A DNA stretch of 64,000 nucleotides, taken from positions 96,001 to 160,000 of the forward strand of contig CAWJKV010000003.1 in NCBI GenBank assembly GCA_963843555.1, given 5' to 3'. This document shows, piece after piece, positions 63,001 to 64,000 of the stretch. A program made the translations under genes and the position numbers. Source of the stretch: an uncultured Methanosarcinales archaeon (GTDB lineage: Archaea; Halobacteriota; Methanosarcinia; Methanotrichales; Methanotrichaceae). Under the pieces are notes generated by a model. It was not told where the DNA came from. It did no database searches and saw nothing but the letters and a program-made list of their open reading frames with translations. Position 1 is the first letter of the stretch; each line of letters begins with the position of its first letter.

Positions 63001-63203
63001 GACGAATCTATTACTATAATGCTTGTATCTATTATATCATTTGTATCTTTATATGCTTTTTTTCATTAAACTTAATGATCCAAATATTGCCATTTGGGTG
63101 ATTTAGGAATTTAACCATGAGCTATTTGGTCTAATCCAGGATTATTAGGCATTAATTGGAAACCAAAAGCATTTAATATTGGTAGAGCATCCGGATAGCA
63201 AAA

Positions 63204-63365
63204 CTCTCCCGAGACGAGAGAGCTTACAGATATAGGACAAAAGAAGGAGGTGGTCGTATGGTTTCGACATTCGGGGACGCCGTTCGGAATTGGGATATAC
63301 GGAAGCGTCCAGCCGTACGACCAATGCCATGAGCCCAGGAGTCGGCTTCTGGTCAGCAAAGACCA
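63204..63365 (+). promoter_or_regulatory. Structured 5' leader with uORF upstream of the DUF1646 gene
   Basis: 13-bp stem tggtcgtatggtt (63251-63263)/agccgtacgacca (63311-63323), inner ggacgc/gcgtcc stem, flanking small hairpins. Confidence 0.6.
63258..63332 (+). CDS. Putative 24-aa leader peptide MVSTFGDAVRNWDIRKRPAVRPMP
   Basis: Strong SD aaggaggt directly upstream of ATG 63258; TGA at 63330. Confidence 0.45.
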   Translation: MVSTFGDAVRNWDIRKRPAVRPMP

Positions 63366-63406
63366 TCAAAAAATTGAAGGTTTTGTAGATATTGGAGGGA
63401 ATATTC

Positions 63407-64000
63407 ATGCAAATTGACCCTGTAGACATTGGCTTATTTGCCATTGTGCTAATTGTACTTGTCGGACCATTCATGTCTAAGAAGATAGAACATAACCTTG
63501 AAGTTTTTCTGTTTATTATGGGTGTGCTAGCAGTAACCATATCAAGCTTCTACAGCGAAGAAGCTCTGGCGGCCCTGGGCTACACAGCAGAGCAGATGGA
63601 GCTCGTCGGCTGGAATAGGGAAATAGTGATGGAAGCCATTAAAGAGCCGATATACAAGGGAATCGTTCCCATGGTGCTGCTGGCCGGTGTATTATTCCAT
63701 TACGGGCGGTCCCGTGCCCAAATGGCCATGAATTCGATCATCAAAAAAGTCCCTCTCAAGATTGTAGTGTTCCTGTTGGTCTTCATCTTGGGATTGTCTT
63801 CAAGCTTAATAACTGCCATCATTGCCTCTCTCCTATTGGTTGAGCTCATGAACTGCATGCCCTTTGAGAGGAAGACTAAAATAAATTTGATCATAATCGC
63901 CTGTTTCTCCATAGGTCTGGGCGCAGTTCTGACTCCTGTGGGCGAGCCGCTTTCTACTATCGCTATCACCAAGCTGCAGGGAGAGCCTTACTATGCAACA
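63407..64000 (+). CDS. DUF1646 family putative cation transporter, truncated by window end
   Basis: SD ggaggga; MQIDPVDIGLFAIVLIVLVGPF.SKKIEHNLEVFLFIMG...SSLITAIIA...IGLGAVLTPVGEPLSTI. Confidence 0.88.
   Translation, partial: MQIDPVDIGLFAIVLIVLVGPFMSKKIEHNLEVFLFIMGVLAVTISSFYSEEALAALGYTAEQMELVGWNREIVMEAIKEPIYKGIVPMVLLAGVLFHYGRSRAQMAMNSIIKKVPLKIVVFLLVFILGLSSSLITAIIASLLLVELMNCMPFERKTKINLIIIACFSIGLGAVLTPVGEPLSTIAITKLQGEPYYAT

Noticed and set aside
63204..63365. Calling the leader a known Rfam DUF1646/Na+ riboswitch
   Set aside because: A match to the consensus cannot be confirmed by eye; reported only as a candidate structured leader

Overview
Archaeal methanogen chromosome segment, most consistent with Methanothrix/Methanotrichaceae (inferred from the A1A0 ATP synthase atpFABD, methanogenesis marker 8, ahbAD, Top6AB, RaSEA and many large secreted proteins). 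Most of the window is housekeeping: trpB2, truA, asd, purF, rpl37e, Sm, pyrC, argS, ftsZ, nop5, RPA, top6BA, alaX, trxB and tRNA-Gly(GCC). Many genes, including essential ones, carry small frameshifts that look like assembly errors. The main accessory region runs from about 10.8 to 21.9 kb. There the 3' tail of truA recurs as four further direct repeats that delimit cargo modules: an AT-rich orphan plus a decayed toxin-antitoxin (TA) copy, two different PIN TA pairs, and a putative pilus/WxL-like surface operon with an IS200/IS605-like end inside it. No integrase is present in the window. Other notable items are a structured leader with a 24-aa uORF ahead of a DUF1646 transporter gene, a degenerate OB-less DNA-ligase-like gene coupled to a radical SAM gene, and apparent ACG/ATT start codons. 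All family assignments come from reading motifs; no database searches were run.
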